The notes: generated by a model not told the origin, from the letters alone. 64,000 nt of DNA from an uncultured Holophagales bacterium (GCA_963842525.1 CAWJGT010000003.1:1408001-1472000), one strand, 5' to 3'. Counted from the stretch's first letter, positions 9,652 through 20,905 are shown. Program-made: numbers and translations.

Positions 9652-10723
9652 CGCCCTCCGCCGCGCCCTCCGGCTGGCCGCCCGCGGACGCTACCGCGTT
9701 TCTCCAAATCCCATGGTGGGCGCCCTCGTGGTGAGCGACGGCGTTGTGGTCGGCAGCGGTTCGCACCGCCAGGTCGGCGGGCCGCACGCCGAGGTCGAAG
9801 CTCTCCGCGCCGCCGGACCTGCTGCCCGCGGCGCCTCCCTCTATGTCAACCTCGAGCCCTGCTGCCACCACGGCCGCACCCCTCCATGTGTGGATGCGGT
9901 GCTGGCGGCGGGGATCTCCCGGGTGGTCGCCTGCCACCGCGACCCGGACCCGCGGGTCGCAGGCCAGGGGTTCGATCGGCTCCGGCAGGCCGGTGTCGAG
10001 GTGGAGGTGGGAGAGCTCGCCGCCGAGGCCATCCGCCTGAACTTCCGATTCCTGGTCGCGGCCACTCTGCGGCGTCCGGCCGTGACGCTCAAATGGGCGA
10101 TGAGCCTGGACGGCCGCATCGCCACCGCCACGGGCGAGAGCCAGTGGATTTCCTCACCGGCCGGGAGGCGCTGGGCTCTCGCTCTGCGGGAGGAGCACGA
10201 CGCGATCCTGGTCGGCAGCGGGACGGTCCTAGCCGACGACCCACGCCTGGACCGGCGGCTGGGCCTTGCCGGGAAGCCCAACCTGCGCGTGGTGCTGGAC
10301 CGCCGGCTGCGCACTCCGCCCACGGCGCGGCTCTTCACGGTGGAAGGCCCGGTGCTGATCTACACCGAGTCGTCCGCGGCGCTGGAGGCGCAAGGGGTCC
10401 AGGTGGCACGGCTGCCGGAGGTCACCCCGCAGACGGCGCTTGCGGACCTCTACGAGCGCGGGGTGCGCAGCGTCCTCGTCGAGGGAGGGGCAGAGGTGCT
10501 CGCGAGCTTCGTTGCGAGCGGTTGTTATGATCGCGTCGCGGTCGACTGCGCCCCTCTGCTGATCGGCGGCCGGTCGGCCCCTGGACCGCTCGGCGGCGAG
10601 GGGTTCCGCGTCCTGTCGCAAGCAGCGCGGCTGGACGGGCTCGAGGTCCGCCGCCGAGGCGGCGACGCGATTCTCACGGGGTATCGACACGGTTGTTTAC
10701 CGGACATCATGGCAGCGTTATAA
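9635..10723 (+). CDS. ribD: Riboflavin biosynthesis deaminase/reductase (start probably CTG 9635; first ATG is 9713)
   Basis: SPNPMVG, HAEV, NLEPCCHHGRTPPC, KWAMSLDGRIA, VLVEGG. Confidence 0.93.
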   Translation: MLSSADALRRALRLAARGRYRVSPNPMVGALVVSDGVVVGSGSHRQVGGPHAEVEALRAAGPAARGASLYVNLEPCCHHGRTPPCVDAVLAAGISRVVACHRDPDPRVAGQGFDRLRQAGVEVEVGELAAEAIRLNFRFLVAATLRRPAVTLKWAMSLDGRIATATGESQWISSPAGRRWALALREEHDAILVGSGTVLADDPRLDRRLGLAGKPNLRVVLDRRLRTPPTARLFTVEGPVLIYTESSAALEAQGVQVARLPEVTPQTALADLYERGVRSVLVEGGAEVLASFVASGCYDRVAVDCAPLLIGGRSAPGPLGGEGFRVLSQAARLDGLEVRRRGGDAILTGYRHGCLPDIMAAL

Positions 10724-10743
10724 CTCCTTGAGGATAGACGACC

Positions 10744-12576
10744 GTGGCCAGAGTTGACTATGACGGGACCGAGATCGCCGTAGTCGGGATGGCTGGACGC
10801 TTCCCCGGCGCCCGCGACGTCGCCGAGCTGTGGCGCAACCTGCACGGCGGCGTAGACGCCGTGCGCCGGCTGAGCCCGACGGAGCTCGCGGCCCTGGGCG
10901 TACCGGCCTCTCTCATCGCCGATCCTGACTACGTGCCGGCGACCGCCCAGATGCCCGACGTCGAGAGCTTCGACGCTCCTTTCTTCGGCGTGAGCGACCA
11001 CGAGGCCGAGATCCTCGATCCTCAACAGCGTATCTTCCTCGAGCTCGCCTGGGAGGCGCTGGAGGACGCGGGGTACGATCCAGAGGTGGATCAGCGCGCC
11101 GTGGGCGTGTTCGCCGGCGCGAGCCTCAGCACCTACCTGCTCTTCAACCTGTCCGACCCGTCGCGGCGCGCCACGTTGGACCCCTGGGAGGCCCTGGCCG
11201 CCAACTCCGGCGACTCGCTCGCCAGCCGCATCTCCTACAAGCTCAACCTCAAGGGTCCGAGCTTCACGGTGCAGAGCGCCTGCTCGACTTCCCTGGTGGC
11301 CGTCCATCTCGCCTGCGCGAGCTTGCTCAACGAAGAGTGCGATGTGGCATTGGCCGGCGCGGTATCGATCAAGGTCAACCTTCTCGCCGGCTATCTCTCT
11401 CGCGGGAGCGCGGGATTGTCGCCCACGGGCCGCTGCCGCTCCTTCGACGCCGGTGCCGACGGCATGTTCTTCGGCCACGGCGGCGGGGTGGTCGTGCTGA
11501 AACGCCTGGCCGATGCGCTGGCCGACGGCGACACGGTGCGGGCGTTGATCCGCGGCTCGGCAGTGAACAACGACGGCAACGTCAAAGTCGGCTATGCCGC
11601 GCCCAGTGTCGAGGGTCAGGCCGCAGTGCTCACCGAAGCCTGGTCAGTCGCGGGCATCGACCCCGGGACGCTTTCCTACATGGAGGCGCACGGCACCGGG
11701 ACGCGCCTGGGCGACCAGATCGAGGTGCAGGCGCTGGAACGCGCCTTCCGCCCGCACACCGCGCGCAGCGGCTTCTGTGTCCTGGGGTCGGTGAAGACCA
11801 ACATTGGCCACCTCGACGCGGCCGCGGGTGTCGCCAGCTTGATCAAGACGGTGCTCTCTCTCGAGCATCGGCAGATCCCGCCGAGCCTGCACTTCGTCCA
11901 ACCCAGCCCGGAGATCGACTTCGCTGTCAGCCCGGTGCGGCCGGTCACCGAGCTCGCCGACTGGCCGGCAGAGGGGGACCGGATGCGCCGCGCCGGGGTG
12001 AGCTCCTTCGGCCTCGGTGGCACCAATGCTCATCTGGTCGTCGAGGAGGCACCGCTGGAGGCGCCGGCGCCGTCCCGTGCCTGGGACATCCTGCTCCTCT
12101 CGGCGCGCAGCGAAGAGGCACTGGAGCGTGCCACGGACGCGCTCGCCGCCCATCTCGCGAGCCACCCGACGCTCCCCCTCTCCGACGTCGCCTTCACACT
12201 GCAGACGGGTCGCCGCACCTTCGCCCATCGCCGAGCGCTCGTTTGCCGCCCGGAAGACGACGTGGCCGGCCTGCTGCTGCGGCGCGATCCCGAAAGGGTG
12301 CTCACGCGGCAGGTGGAGGCGACGGGGCGGCCGGCGTCCGTGGCAGGACCCATGGAAGGTATAACTGCGCTCGATCCCCACTCTCTCGCTCAGCTCTGGC
12401 TATCCGGAGGACGCCCGGACTGGCGGGCGTTCCACGCCGGCGAGCGCCGGCGCCGCGTGCCGCTGCCGACCTACCCGTTCGAGCGCCGGCGGTATTGGCT
12501 CGACGCCCCCGGCGTGCCGCGTCCACTGGGCGCTCTGGCCGACGCCACCCTGAAAGTCATGGAGAGCGCTCGATGA
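10744..12576 (+). CDS. Stand-alone type I ketosynthase with flanking subdomain; no AT and no ACP
   Basis: QSACSTS, EAHGTGT and KTNIGHL triad intact; LLLSARS...TLQTGR joined almost directly to LPTYPFERRRYW. Confidence 0.9.
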   Translation: MARVDYDGTEIAVVGMAGRFPGARDVAELWRNLHGGVDAVRRLSPTELAALGVPASLIADPDYVPATAQMPDVESFDAPFFGVSDHEAEILDPQQRIFLELAWEALEDAGYDPEVDQRAVGVFAGASLSTYLLFNLSDPSRRATLDPWEALAANSGDSLASRISYKLNLKGPSFTVQSACSTSLVAVHLACASLLNEECDVALAGAVSIKVNLLAGYLSRGSAGLSPTGRCRSFDAGADGMFFGHGGGVVVLKRLADALADGDTVRALIRGSAVNNDGNVKVGYAAPSVEGQAAVLTEAWSVAGIDPGTLSYMEAHGTGTRLGDQIEVQALERAFRPHTARSGFCVLGSVKTNIGHLDAAAGVASLIKTVLSLEHRQIPPSLHFVQPSPEIDFAVSPVRPVTELADWPAEGDRMRRAGVSSFGLGGTNAHLVVEEAPLEAPAPSRAWDILLLSARSEEALERATDALAAHLASHPTLPLSDVAFTLQTGRRTFAHRRALVCRPEDDVAGLLLRRDPERVLTRQVEATGRPASVAGPMEGITALDPHSLAQLWLSGGRPDWRAFHAGERRRRVPLPTYPFERRRYWLDAPGVPRPLGALADATLKVMESAR

Positions 12577-12592
12577 CCGCGCGAGGCCGCCC

Positions 12593-15038
12593 TTAAGTCT
12601 TCGGCACCAGCTTCAGGACGTTGACCGGCTTTCCGGGCAGGAACCGCGTTGGCCGCCCATCCTGCCAATCGGCGTGACCATCTCGATAGTGGGGCGAGAG
12701 CGGATGAGCGCTCTGACCGACCGGCATGTGGAAGATCCCGGTCTCCTCGTGTCCCGGAGAGACCACCATCCGCTCCGAGGCGCTGAAGATTGGGCTGGCG
12801 ACCCGCGGCATGTCCAGGTCACCCGGGACCGGCTGCGGCGGCACGTCGAGCCAGTGGGCGAGCAGCGGTATCGAATAGCTCAGCGGGTGCCGGACCTCCT
12901 GCATGTTGCGTTCGCCCCAGGTCCGGTCGGCGAGGTTGGGCCCGAATTTGCGCAGGTCGTCGACCGCCCAGTCGGAGACGGCGAGGATCTGCTCGTCCCA
13001 GCTCCTGTAGCGGGGATCGAGCAGATGGGCCGGGCGTTCCGTCACCAGTCGCCAGAGCGGCGCGTCGAAGCGCCGCCGCGCCCGATACCACGGCAGGCTG
13101 GGCTCTTCCTTGAGGCCGGTCAGGCTGGCGAACACCCGCTTTTCGAGCTCATCCCGGAACTTGCGCACCACCCGGTAGGCCACCGAATCGATCGACGCCC
13201 GGCCGGTCCAGGTGGACACCAGGATTCGCCGCAGCTCGCCGCGCCGCGGATCGGCCTTGATCGCTTCCGGCGTGAGCGTCTTGAGCAGCAGACCGTGCCA
13301 GCGCGCCACGAAGAGCGCCCGATCGTCGAGTTGGAGGGCCAGCATGTCATTCGATGTGGCCCGCTCCAGGCTGAGCAGGCGGTCGCGGATCTGCATCGCG
13401 CGCGGCCCCAGGTCGTAGCAACCGTCCCCCAACCGCGCCAGCATCTCGCCGTCGACGGCCCGGTTGTTGGCCGACCAGATCCGGCCGGACGGAGGATCGA
13501 CCACCTTGGGGACTTCGTCCGAGCGCAGCAAGCCGTCCCAGCGATGAGAGCCATCGGCCCAGGAGCCGGGCACCTGACCGCTCCAACCGATGCGCCGCGG
13601 CAGCTTGCCGATGATCGTCCAGCCGATCCGTCCGGAGGCATCGGCGACGATGAAGTTCTGCGGCGGCAGGCCGCTGGCGTGCGCGATTTCGATCGCCTCA
13701 TCGACATTCTTCGCCGTCTCCAGGCCGAGGATCTCCAGGTTCGTCGCCTCCGGGAGGTCGGCGGTCCAGGCGATGGCGCGCCGCGGGCGTCCCTTCCCGT
13801 CCCGCCCGTCCCGGCTGACGACCGGACCCCAGATCGTCTTCACCACGTCGAACGTCTCTTCGGGCCCGTCTTTGACCAGAATGCGCTCGGTGTGGTGCTC
13901 GAAGCGCCGCGGGCCGTCAGGCGTCCGGTAGGCCTCGGGGTCGTGTGGATCGAGCTCGAGATCCACCAGGTCGATGACGTCGGCAAAGCTGTTGGTGAAG
14001 CCCCAGGCGATCCGCCCGGTGCTCCCGACGGCGAGCACCGGCATTCCCGGCAGCGTCACGCCGGTCACCCGCCGCTCGGCCCCGTCGGGCTCCCGCCAGG
14101 TCCAGGAGGCCCGGTACCAGACGTTGGGCACATCGATCCCGAGATGCATGTCATTGGCGAGCAGAGCATGGCCGTCGGCGGTGTGGGCCCCGGAGACCGC
14201 CCAGCCGTTGCTGCCCTTGCCGTCGAGCTGCCCGCTGCCCGTCCACCACCCGGACAGGGTTTCAGCCGCGCCCGGCCGGGACAGCGCGGCTGCCTTCGCG
14301 GCCCGCGGCTTCCGGAGGTCGAGGACGTCCGGACCGGGGATCGGAGGGGTCGGGAAGGCGTCGCCGACGAGCGGCGCATCCCATTCGGTGCCCACCGGCT
14401 CCACGAAGTCGAAGACCTGCGCCGGCACCCGGTCGTGGATCTGCCCGAGCTCCGCCTCGACGCGCCCCCGCGAGTCCTGGAGGTCGAAGTACATGGCATA
14501 GACGGCAAGGAGGCTGTCCTCAGCTCTCCAGGGCCGCGGCTCGGCGCGCAGCAGGATGTACTCGAAAGGCTTGTCGCCCAGCGACTTCAGGCCGGCGTTG
14601 ACCCCTGCCGCATAGGCCTCCAGGAGGGCACGGTGGAGCGGCGTCATACCGGCCAGGACACGGCCGGCCAGGCTGCGAAAACCGTGCAGGCGGCGTTCCT
14701 GGTCGAACTGCACCAGGTTCGGTCCCAACAGCTCGGCGTTCTCTCCGGCCGCCGCCCGCCGCAGCAGATCCATCTGGAAAAAGCGGTCCTGCGCGTGGAC
14801 GAAACCCAAGGCCCGCGCGGCGTCCAGCCGGGTGGCGGCCCTGATCGTCGGCACTCCCAGAGCGTCCCGTTCGATCGTCACCGGCGCCTGGAGCCCCGGG
14901 ATGGCGAGCGCCCCGGAGCTGGGGCAGGCTGGCCACCACCCGGTGCCGCAGCCAGAGGCCGCCGCCCAGCAGTATGAGGAGCAGCACCCCCACCAGCAGG
15001 AGGAGCCAACGGGCGATCCTGCGCTTCCCTCCGGTCAT
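12593..15038 (-). CDS. Penicillin acylase/PvdQ-family Ntn hydrolase with N-terminal membrane anchor; indel near 14909
   Basis: GFVHAQDRFFQMD, GSNGWAVSG (beta-chain Ser), ANDMHL, WSANN, GQSAHPLSPHY; hydrophobic N-terminus lies in the adjacent frame. Confidence 0.9.
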
Positions 15039-15985
15039 TCGGCCGCATCCTGCCCGGCACCGTGCCCCAGGCGCTGGAGCTTGCGCCGGCGCCGCTCGCC
15101 GCGCTCCCGGACCGCGTCGTAATTCCTGGGTGGGCCGCTGTGGAGGAGCAGCCTGGTCAGGGCGCTCACCGTCGGTCCCTCATACAGACGGACGGTCGGA
15201 ATGTCCTGGTGCAACCATTCCTTGAGCACGGCGATGATCCGGACCCCGGCGATCGAAGTCCCCCCGAGCTCGAAGAAGTTGTCGTCGACGCCCACCCGGC
15301 CGAGGCCGAGCTCCTCCTGCCAGAGGCCCGCGATCGCCGCCTCCAGGCGATTGGTGGACGGCGCATACTCGGTGGCGAGCTCCGGGCGCTCGCGGACCGG
15401 TCCGGGCTCGCCCGCCGTCTCCGCCCCCTCCGACGCATCGCGCCGAGCCCGGGGGACCGCCGCCGGGGGCGGCTCGAGCGCGTCGACTGCCGAGCCGAGG
15501 ATCACCGCCAGAATGCGGTCGCCGTCCGCCAGAGCCTCGGGCAACCGCTTGAGCACCACGACTCCCATCCCCTCGCCGCGCACCGGCGTCTCGCCCGCAA
15601 GCGCCAGATCGCACTCCCAGGCATGCAGGCTCTGGCAGGCACGCTCGACGGCCGCGAACGCCGCCGGGCCGGGGACGGTGACCGCCGGCCCGCGCAGGCC
15701 GAGCTCGCCGGCCACATCGGCCGCCAGGCTGTCGCCCTCGTCGCCGCGGAGGCCGCGAAGGAAGACGCCGCTGCGGTCGGCATCCATGCGAGTGGCATAG
15801 GCCGCGTCCTCGAGCGCCTCCTTCGCACCGTCGAGGAAGAGCCGCGCCTGGCTGATCCAGGGCTCGCGGTGGGGATCGTCGGCGGTCGGTCCCACATCGC
15901 CACAGAGATAGCGCCAGAGAGACTCGATCGTCGGCTCACCGGGGAACCTCCCAGCCAAGCCGATAATGGCAGTGACATCAGCCAC
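15035..15985 (-). CDS. Degenerate N-terminal KS fragment fused to an ACP with a basic C-terminal tail
   Basis: IIGLAGRFPG, ACQSL...ECDLALAG and GEGMGVVVLKRL retained; no catalytic Cys or His; ACP motif DNFFELGGTS; tail RERGERRRRKL. Confidence 0.8.
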   Translation of the reverse strand: MADVTAIIGLAGRFPGEPTIESLWRYLCGDVGPTADDPHREPWISQARLFLDGAKEALEDAAYATRMDADRSGVFLRGLRGDEGDSLAADVAGELGLRGPAVTVPGPAAFAAVERACQSLHAWECDLALAGETPVRGEGMGVVVLKRLPEALADGDRILAVILGSAVDALEPPPAAVPRARRDASEGAETAGEPGPVRERPELATEYAPSTNRLEAAIAGLWQEELGLGRVGVDDNFFELGGTSIAGVRIIAVLKEWLHQDIPTVRLYEGPTVSALTRLLLHSGPPRNYDAVRERGERRRRKLQRLGHGAGQDAAE

Positions 15986-16874
15986 GTTGTTCCTTTCGCC
16001 CGACAGGGCTGTTCAGTGGCCCTTCTCGAGCTTCCCAGATCCGGTAGCTGAGACGGCCCTCCTGGAGGTCGTGGTAGGGCTTCGAGCCGGGAGTGGCCAG
16101 GAAGAACTCCATGACCTCCTGGCTGGCCGGTGCGTCGTGGACCTCGAGGTTTCGCGCAGCATAGGAATCGAGCGAGAGGAGGACGTTGGGGGTGATGTCC
16201 TGGTCGCGCTTGAGGGTCAGACCGAGCCCGCGGAGGCAGGACCTGTAGCTCTCCATGTGCTCGACCGGCATGAGGTCGGTGTACAGGAAGCGCCCGCCCG
16301 GGCCGAGCACCCGGGCGACCTCGCGATAAAAGGCGTAAATATCAGGATATAGACAGGAGGACTCCACATTCATGACCACATCGAAGAAGCCGTCGAGGAA
16401 CGGCAAGCGCTCGGACTCGCCATTGACGAAGTAGATATCCGGATTCTTGATCCGCCGCCGACAGAACAGGACGGCGCTCGGCGAGAGATCCAGCCCCCAG
16501 ATCTCCCCGGGAGTGAAAAAGCGATCGATCGTCAGGATCGTCCCGCCACGGCCGCAACCGATGTCGAGGATGTCGCAGTCGTTGAGATCGCAGTCGCCGA
16601 TCAGCTCGAGGACGAGGTCGATGCGGTTGCGGTTGGGCCAGTGCGGGGGCAGTTGGATCTGCGCCGAACGCGGGCGCCCATCGGGCAGGTAGCCGAAGTT
16701 GAAGAAGGTGGCGTCGTCGGCGTAGATGGACTCACTGAGTGAGTCGTTGATCTTGTCGTAGAAGGATTGGACTTCTTGTTTTTTCTGTCGCGCAACAGAG
16801 GCAGGCAGCACTGCATCCGGCGCGCGTCCGGAAAACAGATTCTCGAGGTCCCTCGGGTGGTCCCCTACGTCCAT
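15978..16874 (-). CDS. Class I SAM methyltransferase resembling fatty-acid/phthiotriol O-methyltransferases
   Basis: FFNFGY, ILDIGCGRGG, FDVVMNVESS, LGPGGRFLYTD; GAAGGAG ribosome-binding site. Confidence 0.85.
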   Translation of the reverse strand: MDVGDHPRDLENLFSGRAPDAVLPASVARQKKQEVQSFYDKINDSLSESIYADDATFFNFGYLPDGRPRSAQIQLPPHWPNRNRIDLVLELIGDCDLNDCDILDIGCGRGGTILTIDRFFTPGEIWGLDLSPSAVLFCRRRIKNPDIYFVNGESERLPFLDGFFDVVMNVESSCLYPDIYAFYREVARVLGPGGRFLYTDLMPVEHMESYRSCLRGLGLTLKRDQDITPNVLLSLDSYAARNLEVHDAPASQEVMEFFLATPGSKPYHDLQEGRLSYRIWEAREGPLNSPVGRKEQRG

Positions 16875-16932
16875 GGCTCTCCTTCGTCAAGCGCCCGATC
16901 TGGCCGGATGCTATGAGCGGGTCGGCGGCTTG

Positions 16933-19900
16933 TCAATCTGACTCGCGTCCGTCCTCGACGGCGGCGAGAGCGCTCTCCAGATGCTCCACCAGTTGATCGA
17001 GGGCCGGCCTCTGGAGCAGGGTCACGTGGTCAGCATCCCGGATGAGATGAGCTTCGGTCCTGGCAAGCTGCGCCCAGCCCGACGTGAGATCCGTGGCCCC
17101 CGGAGCCAGCGAGGCGTCGGCCCGGAAGATGGTCACCCGACCGCCGTAGGGGCGCGGCAGGTAGCTCTCCACGGTTTTCATGGTGCGGCGGTACAGCTCG
17201 AAGCGCTCCCGCAGCCACGGCTTTCCCAGGTCCGGAGCCAGCCCCCCCTCCCGCGCCAGCTCGAGCAGACGGTCGAGGCCGGCCTCCACGTCCAACCCTT
17301 GCAGCATTTCGCGAATCAACAGCCTCTGCTCCTCGGAAGGACGCCCGAGCCGTGCGAAAGCGATCAGGAGCCCGGTGTCATCGACGGCTTCGAGTCGCCC
17401 ATCCGGTGGTGACCCTGGGTCGAACATCGTCAACAGCGACGTGGTACCGCCCGTGCTCTCGATCTGCCGTGCCATCTCGTAGGCTGTGATGGCGCCAGAC
17501 GACCAGCCGGCCAACAGCCAGGGTCCCTCGGGCTGGACCTCGCGCACCGTCACCAGGTATTGCGCCGCCAGATCCTCCATCGATGGCGGATGACCGTTGC
17601 CGTCCCCGACCGCTTGCAGGCCGTAGACCGGACGCTTCGCCCCGAGCCTCTTCGCCAGCTCCACGTAGGAAAAGACGTCTCCTCCCACCGGATGCATCAG
17701 GAACAGCGGCCTCCCCGCTCCTCCCGGATGCAGACGCGCCAGCGGCGAACGCTGCACAGGCCCCTTCTTGATCACAGCCGCCAGGTGTTCCACCGTCGGC
17801 GCCTCGAACAGCGCCGAGATCGGCACCTTGACCCCGAAGACGCGCTCGATGCGCGCCATCACCTGAACCGCCAGCAGCGAGTGGCCGCCCAGGTCGAAGA
17901 AATGACTGTTCGCTCCGACCCGTTCCAGGCCGAGCACGTCGGCCCAGATGCCGGCGACGAACTTTTCGACCGGCGTCCGCGGCGCCACATAGCTCTCCTC
18001 GCCGCCCTGCTGCTCGGGAGCCGGCAGGGCCTTCCTGTCCACCTTGCCATTGGGCGTGAGCGGCAGCGCCGCGAGCGGCACGAACGCGGCCGGCACCATG
18101 GAGTCCGGCAGCCGCTCGCGTAAAGAGCGACGCAGCACGTCGGCCGCGACGTCGCTCACGACATAGGCCACCAGCCTCCGGTCGCCAGCCCCCCTTTCGA
18201 GGGCGTCCTCGCGCTCCTCCACGACCGCCGCGCGCACTCCGGGCAGCGCGACCAGAGCCATCTCGATTTCACCCAGCTCGATGCGGACGCCGCGGATCTT
18301 GACCTGGTGGTCGGTGCGGCCGAGGAAAAGGATCGTGCCATCCTGCCGCTGGCGGACGAGGTCGCCGGTGCGGTAGAGGCGGGCGCCGGGCACCGCGGCA
18401 AAGAGGTCTGGAACGAAACGCTCCGCCGTCAGGTCAGGGCGGCCGAGATAGCCCCGCGCCAGCCCGGCGCCGCCCGCACACAGCTCGCCCGGCACGCCGA
18501 GAGGCACGGCCTGGTGCAGGCGGTCCATGATCCGTAAACGCACGTTGTCGAGAGGCCGGCCGAGAGGCGTGATCGCCGAGACCTCGCCGGACCGGCACGG
18601 GTGGAACGACACGTCGATGGCACACTCCGTGGGGCCGTAGAGGTTGCACAGCTCGATACCGGGCAGGCGCTCTAAGGCCCGCTCGCAGAGCGACGCCGGC
18701 AAGGCCTCGCCGCCACAGAACAGGAGCCGCAGTGGAGCGCCGCGCAGATCCTCGTCCAGGAACAGGCCGAGGATGGAGGGCACGAGCTGCAGCACGGTCA
18801 CGCCCCGTTCCCGCACCTCGCGCGCCATCACCGCCGGCTCCCGGTGCGCATCCGGCGGCGCCAGCACCAACCGCGCCCCGGTACACAGCGGCAGGAAGAT
18901 TTCCCAGATCGCCGGGTCGAAGACGTGCGTCGTCTTCTGGAGCACGGCGTCAGCTTCGGTCAGTGGGAAGGCGCGCTGCATCCAGAGCAGGCGGTTGGCG
19001 ATGGCGCCGTGCGAGACCAGAACGCCCTTGGGACGGCCGGTCGAGCCCGAGGTGTAGATTACGTAGGCGAGGTGGTCCGGCGAGATCGAGACCTCCAGCG
19101 ATGCCGTGTCATCGCCCGCCAGGTCCGCGAGATCGAGGGTGCGGTCATCCTGGAGCAGCTCCGGAGGGGCACCCGGCCCGGCAATCACGACGGCCGGCCT
19201 GGCGTCGTCCAGCACGGCAGCCATCCTTGCGGCGGGGTACTCCGGGTCCAGGGGCACCCAGGCGGCGCTGGCCTTCCACACCGCGAGCAGGCTCACCACC
19301 ATCTCCGGCGAGCGTTCACAACAGACGGCAACGCGATCTTCGGGCCTCACGCCCCGGCGGATCAGGAGGCGAGCCAGCCGGCTCGCCTGCGCTTCAAGGT
19401 CTCCGGCGGTGAGAGCACGGCCTCCTTGTTCCAGGGCGGTCCGTTCCGGCGCACGCGCGGCCTGCGCCGCCACCAGAGTGGAGAGGACCGGCACGGCGCC
19501 GTGTTCCACCGCTGTGTCGTTCCACTCCACCTGGACCTGCTGCTGCTCCGCCGCGCCGAGCAACGGCAGCTCCCTCGCCCATCGGTCTGGTGCTTCTACG
19601 GCCGCGGCCAGCAGGCGCTCGAAGCTCCCGGCGAGGCGGTCGATGGTCGCGGCGTCGAACAGATCGGTGGCATAGTCGAGCCGGCCGGCCAGCTCGCCGT
19701 CGTCCTCGCCGAGGCTGAGCGTGAGATCGAACCTCGCCATCGCCTCGGTCCCACCCAGCGGCCGCAACCGCAGATCCCGGATCTCCAAGCTCTCGACGGG
19801 AGCGTTCTGCAGCGCGAACATCACCTGGAACAAGGGCGTGTGCGCGAGGCTCCTCTGGGGCGAAAGCTCCTCGACCAGTTTTTCGAACGGCACGTCCTGA

Positions 19901-20905
19901 TGCAGGTAGGCCGCCAGCGCCCTCTTCCGTGCCCTCCCGAGCAGCTCGTGGAACGACGGGCCGCCGGCCCTGTCTCCAGCCCTGCCTCCAGGCAGGTTTC
20001 CACTCAAATCGCCGCGCAGCACCAGCATATTGACGAAGAACCCGATCAGCCCCTCGATCTCCGCCCGGTTGCGGCCGGCGACGGGCGAGCCCACGGCGAG
20101 ATCGTCCTGTCCGCTGATGCGCGCCAGGAGGGCCTGGAAGCCAGCCAGGAGCACCATGAAAAGTGTCGCTCCCTCGCGCCGGGCGAGAGCCGCCATCTGC
20201 TGGGTGAGGCCGGCCGGCAGCCGCACCGGCCAGGAGGCGCCACGTGAGCTCCGCCGGGCAGGCCGCGGCCGGTCGGTCGGCAAGTCCAGCAGCGGCGGCA
20301 GCCCTGCAAGCTCCTGGCGCCAGAACGAAATCTCCTGCTCCAGGACCTCGCCGTACAGCCAGGAACGCTGCCAGACCGCGAAATCCGAGTATTGCACCGC
20401 CAGCTCGGGCAAGGGTGACGGCTGGCCGGCGGCGAAGGCCGGATAGAGCACCCTGACCTCGCGCACCAGGACACCCATGGACCAGCCGTCGCTCGCGATG
20501 TGGTGCATGGTCAGCGCGACGACGTGGTCGCTCGCTGAGAGGCGCAGCAACACGCCGCGCAGCAATGGACCGCGCGCGAGATCGAACGGCCGGCCGGCCT
20601 CGTCTGCGGCCAGGGTGAGCGCCTCCGCCTCGCGCTTTCCCTGGGGCAGGCCTGACAGATCCACCACGGGCACCGGGAACGGCGCGGCCGGCTGGATCAC
20701 CTGGACCGGCGAGCCGTCCAAGCCCTCCAACACTGAGAAGACCGTGCGCAGCGCCTCGTGGCGGTGCACGATCTCGCTGAGAGCGCCCGCCAGCACGCCG
20801 GGGTCGAGCGGCCCTTCGACCCGTAGGGCCACCGGCAGGTTGTACAGCGGGCTGTCCGGATCGAGCTGATCGATGAACCAGAGGCGCTGCTGGGCGAAGG
20901 AGAGG
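16933..20905 (-). other. NRPS module 10, C-A(Gln-like)-T-TE
   Basis: Code DPWQFGLIDK (TycC Gln code is DAWQFGLIDK); TE motifs [16 protein letters not shown]. Confidence 0.7.

Noticed and set aside
16933-17745. Sulfazecin-type beta-lactam-forming TE
   Set aside because: The nucleophile motif is GWSSG (Ser, not Cys), and a full module separates the ST from the TE.
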